In this document: piece after piece, positions 25,701-39,352 of the stretch
Numbering within the stretch: position 1 is the stretch's first letter
How the letters are laid out: every line of letters starts with the position of its first letter
Assembly: GCA_964252035.1 (NCBI GenBank)
Contig: OZ176207.1
Reading direction: 5' to 3' (one strand)
From: Podarcis erhardii
Lineage: Eukaryota
DNA length: 64,000 bases
The notes under the pieces: generated by a model
What the model was told of the DNA's origin: nothing
What the model saw: only the letters and a program-made list of their open reading frames with translations
Databases searched by the model: none
Program-made: the position numbers and the translations under genes

Positions 25701-26855
25701 TACAGTCCTTACTGTACCTATTTTTGTAGAAAGTCAATCTGCATCAGCTCAGCATAACTGGATTATAACATGGAGGAATAGTTTTAGCAGTTATTTATAA
25801 AACAAGAATTGCTATCCCCACCACACTCCTGTGGAGTGAGTAATGCACTTAGCAAACCAAGAAGTCCTCTAAGATTAACAACCCCTAAACCAGCCATATA
25901 GAAAACTCAGCTGAAAAGTGGGCCGCTGCCTATGATAAGAGCTATTGTTTTCACTTCCTCAATGGCTTTTGGGACATAGTCTTTCAGAGTGGTTAAATCA
26001 CACAGGAAACATTAGGCTTCAGTTAATTCTGAAACATATAACAGGTTCTTTGGATAAAAGGTATTGTTTTAGTACTGGTCAAAACATCCGGAAGAAAGGG
26101 GTTAAGAGTTCTATGTGAGTGGGGCATGTTAGCAAGCTTAATTTAGACAGACAGAGATAGCTATCAGACTTGCTTCAAAAAAGAAAAGAAAAGAAAGTAT
26201 GTCAGTAGTCTCTGTGGGAACACAGCTTCTGAATTGTGTAAAATAATAGCAAAAACACCGTAAGCCATCAAAAAATGCAACACCATGTCTTTGAAAATAA
26301 GCTTCCTACAGTGACACTTAGGCAAGATTTTTCTCTTCACATTTCTGCTACAATTTGCACTAGGTTCTCAAATAGTATGAAATTGTACCACGAGCTGGTA
26401 CTCAAAGCATGTTCCAATGCTACTAATGTTGCCAGCACCTTGTTTTCTCAAAAGATGATCTAAATTACTAGCAACCAGTAACTGCCATAAAAATTTGAAG
26501 CCAGCTTAGCAGGAGAATGCTACTGATGTGGATTCAATAAACAGGCTTTTATGGGAAGAATTTTGTTTCTATTAAATAAATGTTCTCCTTTTGAGAGGAA
26601 AATGCACAGCTACAGTAACACATCTAGCTGCCCCAAATTATGCTTAAAGCTAATAAAAAGGTTTAATATCTGAAGTCCATTGCTCTCTTGAAAGTTCAGA
26701 AGTAGCTAATATTTCTTTTTCTAATTTATAATTATAAGCACTCTGTGAGGTAGGGCCCTATTGCAAAAATTCCACAGATTGGGAAAAATCAATTGCTCTG
26801 TGGAAAATGTGCAGAGGAATGACCAGAACTTCTATAGATGATAGATGATTTTAAA

Positions 26856-27081
26856 AGGGTCTTCTGGGTAGTGGCACCCACCTTGTGGAACGTCCTCCCA
26901 TCAGATGTCAAGGAAATAAACAACTATCTGACTTTTAGATGACATCTGAAGGCAGCCCTGTTTAGGGAAGTCTTTAATGTTTGATCTTTTATCATGTTTT
27001 TTAATATTGTGTTGGGAGCCGCCTAGATGGGTGGGGTATGTATGTATGTATGTATGTATGTATAAATAAATAAATAAATAA
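26856..27081 (+). mobile_element. L2-clade LINE 3' end
   Basis: Homologous to 12561-13014 in the opposite orientation (LWNVLPSDVKEINNYLTF...KAALF); (TATG)n(TAAA)n tail. Confidence 0.85.
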
Positions 27082-27800
27082 TTGGTTGACAGTATTGGGG
27101 AAGGTCAGTTTGTGTGACTGCATGGATGACCACTTGAAGAACCAGTTACAGGTAAGCTACCTTCCCCCCTGCCTTTACAAGTTTCTAGGGGTAAAGTCAA
27201 ACCTATGGACTATGCAACTACATAGTGGTCCTTCGTGACTTATGTCAAAGGACAAATTTATGGCTCACAGGTTCCTGCAAACTGTGATTTTATTTGGATT
27301 TGATGGTATTCCAAGACTTATTACTGACCGCTCCATTGTGCTTTCATGGAATCATGATCTTATTATTCCTAGTATTGTATCTATCTATTTCTACCCTGCA
27401 CCATTCTTTCCTCGCCCCTTAAGTTGTGGATCATCTGATGTTGAACAGGTGTGTTTCTTTATCTCTCAAACACTTGCATTGTTATATGCAATAAAATAAT
27501 TAAAATGTGGGGGGAAGGAATGTTACTACTCCCACTGCCAATAACAATAATTATTCTTTTTAGGGATTGTGAACATAACCCAAATTTGTGTGTATATTCA
27601 ATTTAATTCAATCTTTCTGTATTCTTGTATGTAGTTGATATTTATGTCCTTTCCTTAATTTTTTAAAAGTCCTGTAAATGACAACTTTGGCCCTGAACAT
27701 TGCTGGATAGAGGAAGAGTGTGATAAAGTTATTACCAATAACTAAAGAATTTTGGGAAAGGGAAATGAAACCTTCACTTACTTATCAGATCAGCCTAAAT

Positions 27801-27891
27801 CAGGAATGTCCAAAGTCCGTTTCATTTCATCAAATCCGGCCCTCTTTGAAAAAAGTTTGGGTACCCCTGGCCTAAAGTTTGGGTACCCCTG
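27801..27891. mobile_element. Tiny internally deleted hAT MITE with duplicated right end
   Basis: TSD GCCTAAAT at 27793-27800 and 27892-27899; caggaatgtccaaa / tttgggtacccctg ends; the right terminus is present twice. Confidence 0.75.
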
Positions 27892-28560
27892 GCCTAAATG
27901 ATCAACCTTTCATCTTTCTTACATTTTAAATGTTGTGTTTGCACCTGTCCTGCCACATTTTCATATCTCAGTTACCAAAAACCAGTCTGATTGTCTTGAT
28001 GTACCTTGGCCCAATCTTGCCTTCCTCTTTTAAATAACTCAAGCCTGGAACTATTCCAGGTCACCGGCAACCAGGTATTATAAAAATAATAGTTTACATA
28101 CACTCTTTGAAAAAGAATAGATACTCTTCTAATCTGGTGTTTAGCTCATGAGTCAGTCTTAAGCAATTGCAACTGTGCAAGATAAATCCATTTCCTCTCT
28201 TTCTGAAGCAGTGGCTTCTGGGCAATATAGATATGACAAGGCTTTTTATAAGGCATTAGACAATAAATTAAGAAAAGTACACATTGGAGCATAAAAACCA
28301 GTTCAATGAAGTACAAGCAGGCACAACCTTCTAGTCAACCATCACAAAATGTTCCCAAGTTTCAAGAATAAATTTGTGAAAATTAACAAGGAAGAAAACA
28401 GATGTGAGCTAAATGAAAACCTGTGATAAAGGTAGATGGGGTAAAAGTGTATGTGATATTGCTCAAATTCTTCAGTAGCTGAAACTTCTGTGACCTTGTA
28501 CCCAAACACCAACTTTTCCTCTTGAGATGGATATTGTGCCTTTTACACAGGAATGCTCAG

Positions 28561-28719
28561 AGAGATAGCTCAGTTGGTAGAGCATGGGAGTCGTAGAGAG
28601 GTAGAGATCTCAGGGTTGTGGGTTCAAGCTCCAAGTTGGGCAAAAGATCCCTGCATTGCGGGCGGTTGGAATAGAAGACCCTTGTGGTCCCTTCCAACTC
28701 TACAATTCTATGATTCTAT
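28561..28719 (+). mobile_element. tRNA-Lys-like head / CR1-tail SINE
   Basis: Head atagctcagttggtagagcatgggagtc...atctcagggttgtgggttcaagctccaagttgggc resembles tRNA-Lys(CTT); tail cctgcattgc...ccttccaactctacaattctatgattcta. Confidence 0.8.
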
Positions 28720-28724
28720 ATACC

Positions 28725-29350
28725 TGTCAGCAATGAGTTTTGAGTACTAGTGAAGATAAGAGTCTGGGCAGTCAGCCATATTTACAGGATTTATTACGCC
28801 TTTGAAGCTATGTACAAAGCAAGTTCAGAAGTTTGACACTTTCATGGCGGGTCGGTTGTCCCGACTGCCTTTCCTTTCGATTTTCCCCAGCATAACCACC
28901 TTCTAAGCCCAGCCCCCCTCGTTCCTCTCTGCTTGTCCCCGGAAGTACCTCCCCCCTCTCAGATTCACTACCTCCTGACAGCTCTTCGTCACCCTCCTCG
29001 TCCGAGGAAGAACAACTGCTTATTAAAAAGGACCCTTCTCTCGGTAAGTTCCCATTCTCTCCTCCTTCTCTGGCTCCAGTTCCCTGATAATACCTGTGGC
29101 CTTTCTGAAGCTGAACTAAAGCTCCCATCACGGCTGACCATTGACCATGCTGACTGAGGTTTCTAAGAGTTGGGATCTAGTAACAGTTAGAGGGGCACAG
29201 GTTCTAGGGCGACAAGCAGAAATGCAGCAAGTGACATCATTCCCACCACTGAGGGCATACACTTTTAATCACACAGCTGTTAAAGGCATACAAACCTGGC
29301 AGCTGGAGGCAAGTAAAGTCAACAAGCCTTCCCCCCTCAGCTAACTGACA
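28725..29350 (-). mobile_element. Probable solo LTR, 626 bp
   Basis: TGTCAG...CTGACA termini; minus-strand AATAAA (plus tttatt 28790-28795) lies 65 nt from the end, the same layout as the 44417 LTR. The TSD is not clean (atacc vs ctatc). Confidence 0.6.
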
Positions 29351-30084
29351 CTATCTGTCCTGAGAGAAGGAAGAACAGAGCAAGCAAAGCAAGCAAAAAC
29401 AACAGCAGGGCCTGCTCTGATCAGACTGTCCCTTCCTTGGGCCAACTTTACGTTTTATATCATTTATTTGTTTTAGTAAACTGCCTTGGGAGCATTGCCA
29501 AAAAATGCCATATATAAATACAACAAATGCATAAATAATAGTAATGACTGAAGCAAGCCACATTCCACATATATTGATGATGTAATCTTTGCTTGCAAGT
29601 TTTCCATTTCCACATATATATATCTGTATTTCCACTGTCTTAACTGTTCTACAACTGCCAGTAGAAAGTGAAGTAGCTATATATTCATAACCAACAGGAA
29701 TTGTATTGTATATTATTATGAAGGCTGTTTCACACTTTACGCACCATGGCAGATGCATAAACTGTGTGTCAATGCGCTCAGGAGCTCTAATTTGCCGCAA
29801 GTCCCTGACATGTATACAATGGATATTTATAGAATTGTGCCTGTCAATCACACTTTTGTGTGTTTGCTACAGGGTGTACATGAGGGTAGCTGCTGCAAAT
29901 GTGATTGCTGTGTAAAGTAGCTCAGACAGTAACACAGCTATTTGGTTCAGTATTGCAAGCTGTGAAGAAAGTTGGTATTGAGATCTCTACCGAAAGCTAA
30001 TATACTTTGGTCTAGTGCTCAGAGATCAGAATGTTACATCTCAAATCTCACAACTTTATTGACAATCTGTTCGTTTTTAGACTC

Positions 30085-30340
30085 AATTTAAGTGATGTTT
30101 TTAAAGTCCTAAATGAGCTGGGACAAGGTCATCTTAAGGACACCTTGTTCCCATAGAGACATGCCTGGACTTTGAGATCAGTCTTGTAGGCCTTGCTCTT
30201 GGTGCCACGATGAGGGCCTTTTCAATGGTAGCAGCATGGCACTGGCACACTATTCTAATGGCACCGTGTCAGAAGGCCCTCTCTAACCTCCTTTCAACAG
30301 AACTGAAAATTAAACTTTTTTTGCAGGCTTTCAGTGTTTA
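30085..30340 (+). mobile_element. Old L2 3' fragment
   Basis: Degenerate similarity to the L2 ORF2 end (tttaaagtcctaaatgagctggga...agggccttttcaatggtagc). Confidence 0.55.
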
Positions 30341-31921
30341 ATTCTGCTACTGCCTCAATTCTGAGATTTAGCCTTAATTATATACAAATAATATGTATGT
30401 TCTTAGCAGCTTATTTTAAATGATTGTTTTGTTTTGCATTGTACTTTATGTGTATCATAAGCTGTTCATGGTATGATTCTAAAATAATAGGATATAACCA
30501 ATAATTATATTCAGCAGCACGGTCTAACAATTTAAAAAGTAAAATAGTTCAAAGCATTTTAAATTTGTACATTTACTCTGCCAACTATGCATTCTCACAA
30601 AAATTTATCTCCAAAACGTAGGCCATTTGACACCAAACAGCCTTTCCATGCAAGAGCCACAGCACCAGCCTGCCTTCTTCTGCAGGTGGTGGAACCAGTC
30701 AAGGTACCATTACTGCAGCTGCCTTTCTGAGAGTACAATACTCCCAAGCCTCAGTTCCCAGTCTCATATCACACTGTGAATTCTTCAAGGAAGAGTAAAG
30801 GACCATTCTGGACTGCAGCCCGATACAAGTTTAACCAACCTTAATTTTTAGGCCTACTGAAATCAATTATCTAAAAACATCGAACCTTTCTTGTGACCTC
30901 TGCACTTTTCTTTATATGACATGACTGATTAGGACACTAAGTAGAAATGGTGAATATTAATATTTTCTCTTTACTATTCAAACACACTAACCTCCATTCC
31001 TTCACTTTAGAAAATAGTTAACCCACACCGCAATGTTCTCCATATTTATTTTGATAACTTGTTTTGTCAATAGCTATTTCTATAGTCACATAGGGCCATA
31101 AGAAGTTCACGTGTCATCTTGTTGTCAAACGTCTAGTTGAAAATACAAATAGTGCTCGGGCACAATTGACAAAGAATTGTACAATAGAATCATGTGATTT
31201 TAAACAGGTTCATCCAATTCAATGAGTCCTGGTTTATTAAACCTATAGTGAATATGGAATTCACACCTCTGATTGAAACTTATTTATATCTAGTGTAAAC
31301 CTGCATCTGTTTTTCTATTTTCCTAATGCTGGTTCTTTTCTCTCTTTTGCCATGGTTTAGGACTTAAGATAAATCAATAAAAGTATCAGGGAGAGGAATG
31401 GTTATTTACCCTCAAACCATGGGAAATAGTACAGTGAATCAAGCACAATCTAGTTTGCAGAAAGTACGCCAACAAATGAGGATAGTTTATCAAAGTAAAA
31501 AGAAAAACAGATTGGCAGAAGCTGGGAAAAGCAGATGACTAAGCAACCTCTTTTGTAAACATACTCCCAGCTGTACTTTCAGCCTAATAGGAACTCAAGT
31601 TGTTGAGCAACAAGTTACCTTGCTCCAAGGTAACTAAGGCTTTAAAATGAGTATATAAACACACATGACTCACACACAAACCCCAAAACACAAGCATACT
31701 AGACGTTTATCTCTTAAAAACAAGAGAGACACCAAGTCTCGTTCTGGGCTGCTATATAAAGAGATCATGGGACTGCCAAACATTTGCTGAGAATTTAAAA
31801 CTAAATTAATAGATGTGGTGAGTGGCACATTCCTGCTTGACCTTTGCATAAACTGCTCTTTAATTCCCCCCCCCCACACTCCATCTACAAATTGCCTTTA
31901 CACAAAAACAAAAAGGAGAAG

Positions 31922-32078
31922 AAACAAAACAAATTCCTTCCAGTAGCACCTTAAAGACCAACTAAGTCAGTTCTTAGTTGAACTTAGAACTGACTTAGTT
32001 GGTCTTTAAGGTGCTACTGGAAGGAATTTGTTTTGTTTTGACTATGGCAGACCAACACGGCTACCTATCTGTAACTGG
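31922..32078 (+). mobile_element. Short Penelope 3'-end insertion with inverted 5' duplication (53-bp perfect inverted repeat)
   Basis: 31922-31974 is the exact reverse complement of 31986-32038. The sequence continues with the same terminal motif (gactatggcagaccaacacggctacctatctgtaac) as the other Penelope copies. Confidence 0.88.
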
Positions 32079-32329
32079 AAAAAAGGAGAAGGAAAGAAAA
32101 AGAGAAGACTTCAACTTATTTTGGGACACTTGAGTTCCAAGGGCCTACATGCATTCACCACAACATACATAGGCTCCATAGACATTATCCCCATCCTTGA
32201 AGTAATAAAAGACACCTATTTGGAGTGTAAAAGCTTAGGATCATGCGCAAACAGAATTTCCAATGTGCAGAGACTGAGTGTGATGAGTGGAAGGGACTGG
32301 GAGATACATCCTCCACACACCCAGTAGAA

Positions 32330-32502
32330 GAGACTCTCACAAGAGGTGATGGACTCTCCTTCCTTGGAGGTTTTTAAACAGAGGTTGGATGGCCATCTGT
32401 CATATATGATCAGGTTGAAATTTCTGCATTGAAGAGGATTGGACTAGATGACTTTCGGGGCCCCTTCCAACTCTACAATTCTGTGATTGTACAATTCTAT
32501 GA
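32330..32502 (+). mobile_element. CR1 LINE 3' end
   Basis: ggactctccttccttggaggtttttaaacagaggttggatggccatctg...ttccaactctacaattctgtgatt. Confidence 0.85.
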
Positions 32503-35500
32503 CTTATCTGCAGAGGACTATGGGGGAATAGCACTAACTCACATCAGACTGCTTAAGCATAATGATATGCCATCAGAGATGACCCAACAACAACAAAATG
32601 CAGCCCAATTAATGACAGGACAGAAATGGATGAACATCAGCTGAGCCAAAGGACAGGAAATGTCAAGTCTTGATGCTCTAGAAAATGGGAACATCTGTTT
32701 TCAAGCACACAGAAGCCTTGATGTTTTCAAATGTAAGACTAGAAACCTACTATTTAGATTCCTGACAACAGCCACACGGATACTTCTAAGGACTGGTAAA
32801 TGTGCAATACTGGGGGTTGCTTAATCTATGTTTTTAACCTCTGCTTAAAAGTATAACTAAAAAGAAATTTCTTCTCATTCTTTCTTCCTACTTACTAAGA
32901 GTAGAGAGAGAAAGAGCTAACAAGTAGACAAAAAACAATGCTACTCCCCTTTAAAAAGTGGAGAGGAAGGAAAATACCTCTTGGGCTTTATAGCAGGAAA
33001 TGCACTGGGCCTTTGTTCCAAGAGAAAAAGTGACATTACACAACACCTTTGAATAAACTACTCTTGGCTTGGCTCAATAAAAATGCAATCTGAAGCAGTT
33101 TGAAGCCAATCTGCGACCAACATGGCATAAAGATTTGGGCACATATTTTGTAAGTCACAGCCAAAAAGAGATGACTACATTTCTTTAAAATATATGATGT
33201 CAGCCACTTAGATTAGAAAAATAATGGGACAGACTGTGATCTGTGAAACTGTCTTTCCATTCTGTTATTGTTAACTATCTGATATCATGAATATTTGATA
33301 TACTCCAGCTGGTGCTCTTGCATGCTTCAGGCCTGGCAACAGATACTTCAACAAGTTACAGTTAGACAGGAACGATGGCTTCTGCATTTAAGATCGTTTA
33401 GTTATCCTTAAATAATTCAAAAGCAGGAAATCACAAAACAGTTTCTACCTCACAGAAATATACCATATCCTAAAATGCATAGTTCTGACATTTCACCGAT
33501 ATCTGTCCTACATCTAAATTATGTTTTTGAGGTGCCTTTTTGTTGCAGTTAATGCAAAAACTGTACTTTAGAAATGAGTGGGTGGGGAGAGAGAAAACGA
33601 TGCATATTCACAATCAAAAATACAGGTTTTCAGCTGCCTAGCTGCTCAAGAACCAAATAATTTTGATTAGCTATCCATCCCTACAAGAATTAGCTTCTAT
33701 TACCAAGCAATTTGAAATATAGATTCAGTCTTGCAGCCAATTATCTTATTGGAGCAGTAATAAACTTTGGCTCTCATACTTGGCATTTTCTGAAGGGAGT
33801 AGAGATTTCTACAAAAAAATAAGAGACCCCCACAAAACAGGAAATGATCTCTTACCAAAACTCTGTATTAATATTAGAATTCTTACTCCTGTATAATAAA
33901 ATGTGTTTACACAAATTAGCCACTCAAAAGGCAGGGTTCCCCCCCTTTTAATATTATAATGAGAAATGTATTTCTGCTCACATGATTACAATACCATTTC
34001 TATGGTATCAAGGGGTCTGGTTTGTTAAACAAAACAACATTAAAAATTACTTTTATCAATATATTCATAAGAAATTCTGTCAGGTGCAGAGTCTGAATGC
34101 AGAGTGCTAAAGAAGGTAATCAACAAAAATTATTTTGACGAGAACCAAAAGAGTAATTAGCCTTTGCTTAAAGTGAGCTGTCAGCACTTGCTTCAGTACT
34201 TTTCTATTTCTTGCTAACAAAGAGGGTCTTCTACTGGGAAAATAAAGGCCAATTATAATGAAGCATTTTACGTCAGCAGGCAAATTTCATCTATGAATGC
34301 CATTCTGAGTATGAAATTCCTCTGACTTACAAACAAGATTTAGGAATCATAGGTCAAAATTATATTCTCAGAAAGACTTAACACAAAATAGATATGTAAA
34401 TTCTTAAGTCTGCAGCCCTGTGTACACTGACACAACAGTGTCTCCAATAAATGCAGTGAGATTTACTTCTAAATGTGAAACAGATCCAGTTGCAAAGCTA
34501 TTGACAATAACGTTCTTTTGAGATACTGAGCAGATGCTTAAAATATTGCATTTATATGCAATTTTTGAGACTACAGTGAATTAAAAATGCTCACTGAGAG
34601 TTTTAGCTAACATAGGTTGCAACGAAAAATAGGCCATTGATTAGTGCTTTGGCTATCCTCCAAAGGGTGTGTGCGCATGAGCATGCATGTGCTGGGGAGT
34701 GCGCACCCAGCACATACCACTGTGCTGAAAAATGGGTTGCAGGACTAGACAAGTAGCCATTAAGTTACCTTGATCCCAAAATATTCATAGCTGGAATGAC
34801 AAGTAATTTAGCTAAGTTCTGTATTTGGAAAGTCCCTCCTGTTGGCCATTACAGTGAAACATGAGGTGTAGAAGGTTGTGCAACAGCTTCACAGAGACTG
34901 AAATACCCGCAAGAAAACTGTGGAGACAAAGCATTATCAATGACAACTTGCCATGCCTTCTCTCTGCCTTACATCTGCTACATCTGGCAACTTAACCAAG
35001 GCAAAATAAGCGGGGTAACTTGCAATGAGAGCACAGTGAGACACAGGTTATGAAGCTGCATTCAGTTGTGAGCTCAACCTGAAATATTCATGGACCATTG
35101 CAGCAGATTGTGGAATTAGGCAATTATGTTTATTCATGTAAGAACACTGCTGCAATAAGGAAATTAGCAGACCCTTAACCACTCCCTTGTAATAAAAGTA
35201 TGCTGCCTGTGATCGGTAACCACTTAGAGGTGGCCAGGTGCAGCCCCTGCTGCTACCACACGTGAACACATTCTCCCCATTCTGGAAGATGACAGCATGC
35301 AGATGCAAGCACGCACTGCAATTTCCACAGATGGAAACACAACAGAGGCAGCCACTGGTAAACTCTTCCTCTCTCCTGGCTGAAGAGATGATCACATGAG
35401 CAGGGGACAGAGGGATCAGAGCATGAGGATAGTTGAATGGCTCCCAATACGTATCTGCAAGGCTGCCCAATCAGTATCTGCTTGCACATTTCACAGTGCA

Positions 35501-35938
35501 CATGTACTCCAGCATCCCAGGGGAAGAACCCTCTACCCTGTTGTGTATTTAAAAACCACTGTGCTAAGGGCCAAAATGGATATGCTGAGGGAGAGCTGTG
35601 ATCAGGATCTCTAGTCCCTACCCTCCATTTCCTTCTTTTTATAACTAGTTAACAACCCTACTCAAGCAGCTTCAGGTGGAAGTAGTGTTGAAACTTTTCA
35701 TTCTGCACCAATTCCCTTGATCTATATCACCCTCTCCAACCACTACTGGGGAGAAACCAGAAAACCCCGCTTCTGTGGGGGGTCATTGTTTTGGTTTCTT
35801 ATTACGCTATGCATTTTTATGTTTTTATATTGTAAACTGCCCTGTGATCTTCCGATGAAAGGCAATATAGACATTTAATTAATAATAACTGCTGCAAACT
35901 GTGGCTGCCAGAATATATTGGCCAGTGAAGTCATACTA

Positions 35939-36134
35939 CAGTGGTACCTCCGGTTGCGGATGGGATCCGTTCCGGAGCTCCAGTCGGATCCTGAGGTTTT
36001 CGCAACTGGAGGTGCCTGTTCTGTGCATGCGTGAAGCGGGAGAGCACTTCTGCGCATGGCGAAACCCAGAAAAATACTTCCGGTTTTGTCATATGCGTAT
36101 CCCAAAGGATACGTAACCAGTAGAGGCACCACTG
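35939..36134. mobile_element. Tigger-like MITE
   Basis: TA-CAGTGGTACCTC ... GAGGCACCACTG-TA. Confidence 0.88.
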
Positions 36135-36483
36135 TATACCAATACTGGTCGCCTATTAACTTCTGGGCCTAAGGTGCTCATCTATATAGACCGAAATAGC
36201 TAGGATTGCCTCTCCTTATATAATTCAGCCCATGTCTTAAGAGCTCTTCTCCACAGTCCACTGCTGGGTGAGACTGTTAACCAGTTAAGACAGTTCCATA
36301 TAATATTGCTTCTCTTAGGAAATGTATGTGTCCTAAGAACATACTAATATGGAATCACAGTTCAGAAAAGATACATGGACCATTATTATAATTCTATAAT
36401 ATTCAAGTCCTTCAGGGCAGAGGGAGCCAACACAGTGCCCTCCAGATGTCTGGGACTAGAACTCGCAGCACCCCTAACCTTCG

Positions 36484-36485
<2 letters not shown>

Positions 36486-36521
<36 letters not shown>
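36486..36521. repeat. (GT)n microsatellite
   Basis: Direct reading. Confidence 0.98.
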
Positions 36522-36524
<3 letters not shown>

Positions 36525-36679
36525 TGCTGGGGTTTTTTTAAGATATGCAATTTGTGTGTTTGTGTGTGTGTTTATTGTGAAATCACCTTGAGATGCTTCA
36601 TAGGAAGCAATATCAATATCATCATCATCATGGTGGCTCCTAGTCATGTTGGCTATGCTCTACACTTTGCCCCCAGAAT

Positions 36680-36842
36680 TGGAGGCAATATGCTTCTGAC
36701 TACCAATTGCTGGAAACTGCAGGTGGTGAGAGTGCTCTTTGCTTAGTCTCTGCTTGCATGTTTCCCATGGGCATCTGGCTGGCTACTATGAGATGGATTA
36801 GATGAGCCACTGGTTTGATCCAGCAGGCTCCTCTTATGTTCT
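36680..36842 (+). mobile_element. CR1-type 3' end (ttcttatgttct tail class)
   Basis: cttctgactaccaattgctggaaac...gattagatgagccactggtttgatccagcaggctcctcttatgttct. Confidence 0.6.
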
Positions 36843-39352
36843 GAAGGGCTGATGTTAAGAAAAAGCAAAGGGCCAGCTATTTCAGTGCAACCCTACCCAG
36901 TGGATAATTCTAAAGGGGATGCAACTAACAGGCACAGTAGCAGGTCTAGGAGCACATTCCTTATGTAAGATGCCGCTGGAACGATGCTGGATTCAGATAA
37001 ACTTTGAGCTACAAAAACTGCACATGTTGGCTGCTCTTACCCCTTGGGGCAAGTGTGGGAATATCAAACTAAACATATAAATGCATAAATCTAAAGAGCA
37101 ATGTTCTTTATAACAGCTCAAACATATTCAGTGATGTAGAACTTCATAAATAAAACAAAGAAAATAATGTTAAAGTACTTAGATTAACAAAGCTGTGGTT
37201 ACATATTTGGACAAGTAATTGGAAAAATACTGTGTGTCAGAGATCCCATTTAAATAGTTTAATGAAGAAATAGTATCTTTGATGTATTCCAGTACCACTA
37301 ATACATGTACATGCATGTGTTTGTACACATACCTCTAGCCAAAAATAAAAAAAGATTTTGCAATTATTTCTATGGTAAACAATTATTTTTTTCCTCTCTC
37401 GTCTTCTAACTTTTAAGCACAAGTTGTTTTGTTTCATATGAAGAAATGTCAAAACTTTTTATATCCTTTTTGCTCTCAGTCAGATGGATCCAAATCACCT
37501 ATTACTGGCTTCTCCATTTAGCTTTCTCATTTTTAATTACTCTTTGAATACTGTGAAATAATGTGCATGATTACATTATGGTTCAGTTCACAAGTAATGC
37601 TAAACCAAGCTATGGCTTAGTGTGAACATGAGATCCCCTGGACAAGAGATTGTGTCTGTTTTCCTCCTTTGGTCTTGCTGATTCTGCACTGCTATGAGTT
37701 CAGTCACTGTATACTATGCTCTAGGAGGCTTAGTTTGGTCCGAATTGAGTAAACACTTCCAGAGTTAGCACTAAATACTTCTGGTAAATGAGCCAGGGCT
37801 GTGAAATTTGTGCCCCAGGCTTTTTAGTCTACACCTGTGCTATCTGGAAACCAAAAGGACACATTGGTTGACTGATGTGATTTTTTTCTCAGCTCTCCTA
37901 CCCCACTATCTAAAGGAGAAGGCAGAAAGAGGGGCAGTGCTGGGGAAAGCAAAGTTACTGTGAGGGGAAATCGATGGACCAAGAGAGGAAAAACTCATGG
38001 AAGAGGACTGTTTTCTGGGCAAGGGAGCCACAGTTCCAGAGAGAACGAAAGGCAAGAAGGAAGGGGGGAAAGCAATGAATATGGGGAAATTGGACTGGTG
38101 GAGAAAGAGGAGGAGGAGGGTTCGTGTGTTACTGCTGTGTTAGCAACCAGGGATGACCCAGGCAAGAGAGATAGTGTTCTGTTTTTAATTAGACCAGCTG
38201 CTTGCCTAATAAGAGATACACCACAAAAACAATGACATTTGCAGCTCAGTCTTCTTTTACATAAATAACTGATTCTGCAGGACTTAGTTCCCATGGTGCA
38301 GACTTTGGAGTAGATAACACTATCCTGTAACCTCAATTCCCCTTAGCTGACTAGTATAAGCTTTTGGTAAATAATTAAAAAGAGTGTTAGAAACTCAGAT
38401 ATATAAGCTAGGCACAAATGGGTCCTTAAAACAAGGTTACAGTCGCCAAAAGGGAATGTTTAGTTGTCATTTTTGGGCAAGACGGCTTTAAAGTCTTATT
38501 TTTCAAATGATCGACTGACTGTGATTGATTCTCAGATAAACATCTAGCTAGTACAGATGACAACCTTGAACTAGGTTAAGAGCTTTGAGAACTTGAAAAG
38601 TCATTTGATCCAGGGACAGACTATATATTCCGACCTCTTTTTCTTAATGGTGACTGCTCCTGCTCAGGCTGCACAGAAAAAGCAAATTTGATCCAGAAAT
38701 TCATTCCAATTGTGCAGATAAAACATAACTGATGGAATTCTACAGGGTGGGGTGTTAGTGTGTGAAAACAGCCAAGATCCAATGATCCTCAGCCATGTAC
38801 TTTCAGATGGTAGAGATGTCAGGCATCATTCTGGCACCCAGGCACCATTCTGGCACCCAGGCATCACCCAAAATAAGAGCCAGAGCCCAAGCATATTAAA
38901 AAGGCAATGTCCTCAAAAGTGCTATTCGATTTCAGGAGAGCTTTCCAACAGTATCTTGTGGGTCCTGAGGGGGAAAGTAGCCCCATGGTGGTTCCTCTAA
39001 CCACAAAACGGACATGGAAATTGGCTGTATAAAAGCTGGTATAGGAAGAGTTAGTCATCATACAAAAGGGATCTATCACAACACAAAATTATGTTTTCAG
39101 GAAAGATTAGAAATAGCAGACACTACAGTTTAAGCAAACACGCACACCCCTTCAATTTTTATAATTGTGAAATATAAGTAAATAATTAGGTAACTTGTCT
39201 TAAAGTATTAATGCTACTGAATATCATGGGAATTTTCACTGTTTTGTTCTTTATGGTACGACCTGAGGCAGCTCTGCATTAAGAATGGACAAAAATGAAA
39301 TTGAATTTCTAGGCAGTATTGAATATTTTATGTCAGTTTGAATGATGCTTAC

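Noticed and set aside
28561-28650. Functional tRNA genes (also 40530 and 18147)
   Set aside because: Acceptor and anticodon arms are disrupted and each is fused to a CR1 tail, so these are SINE heads.
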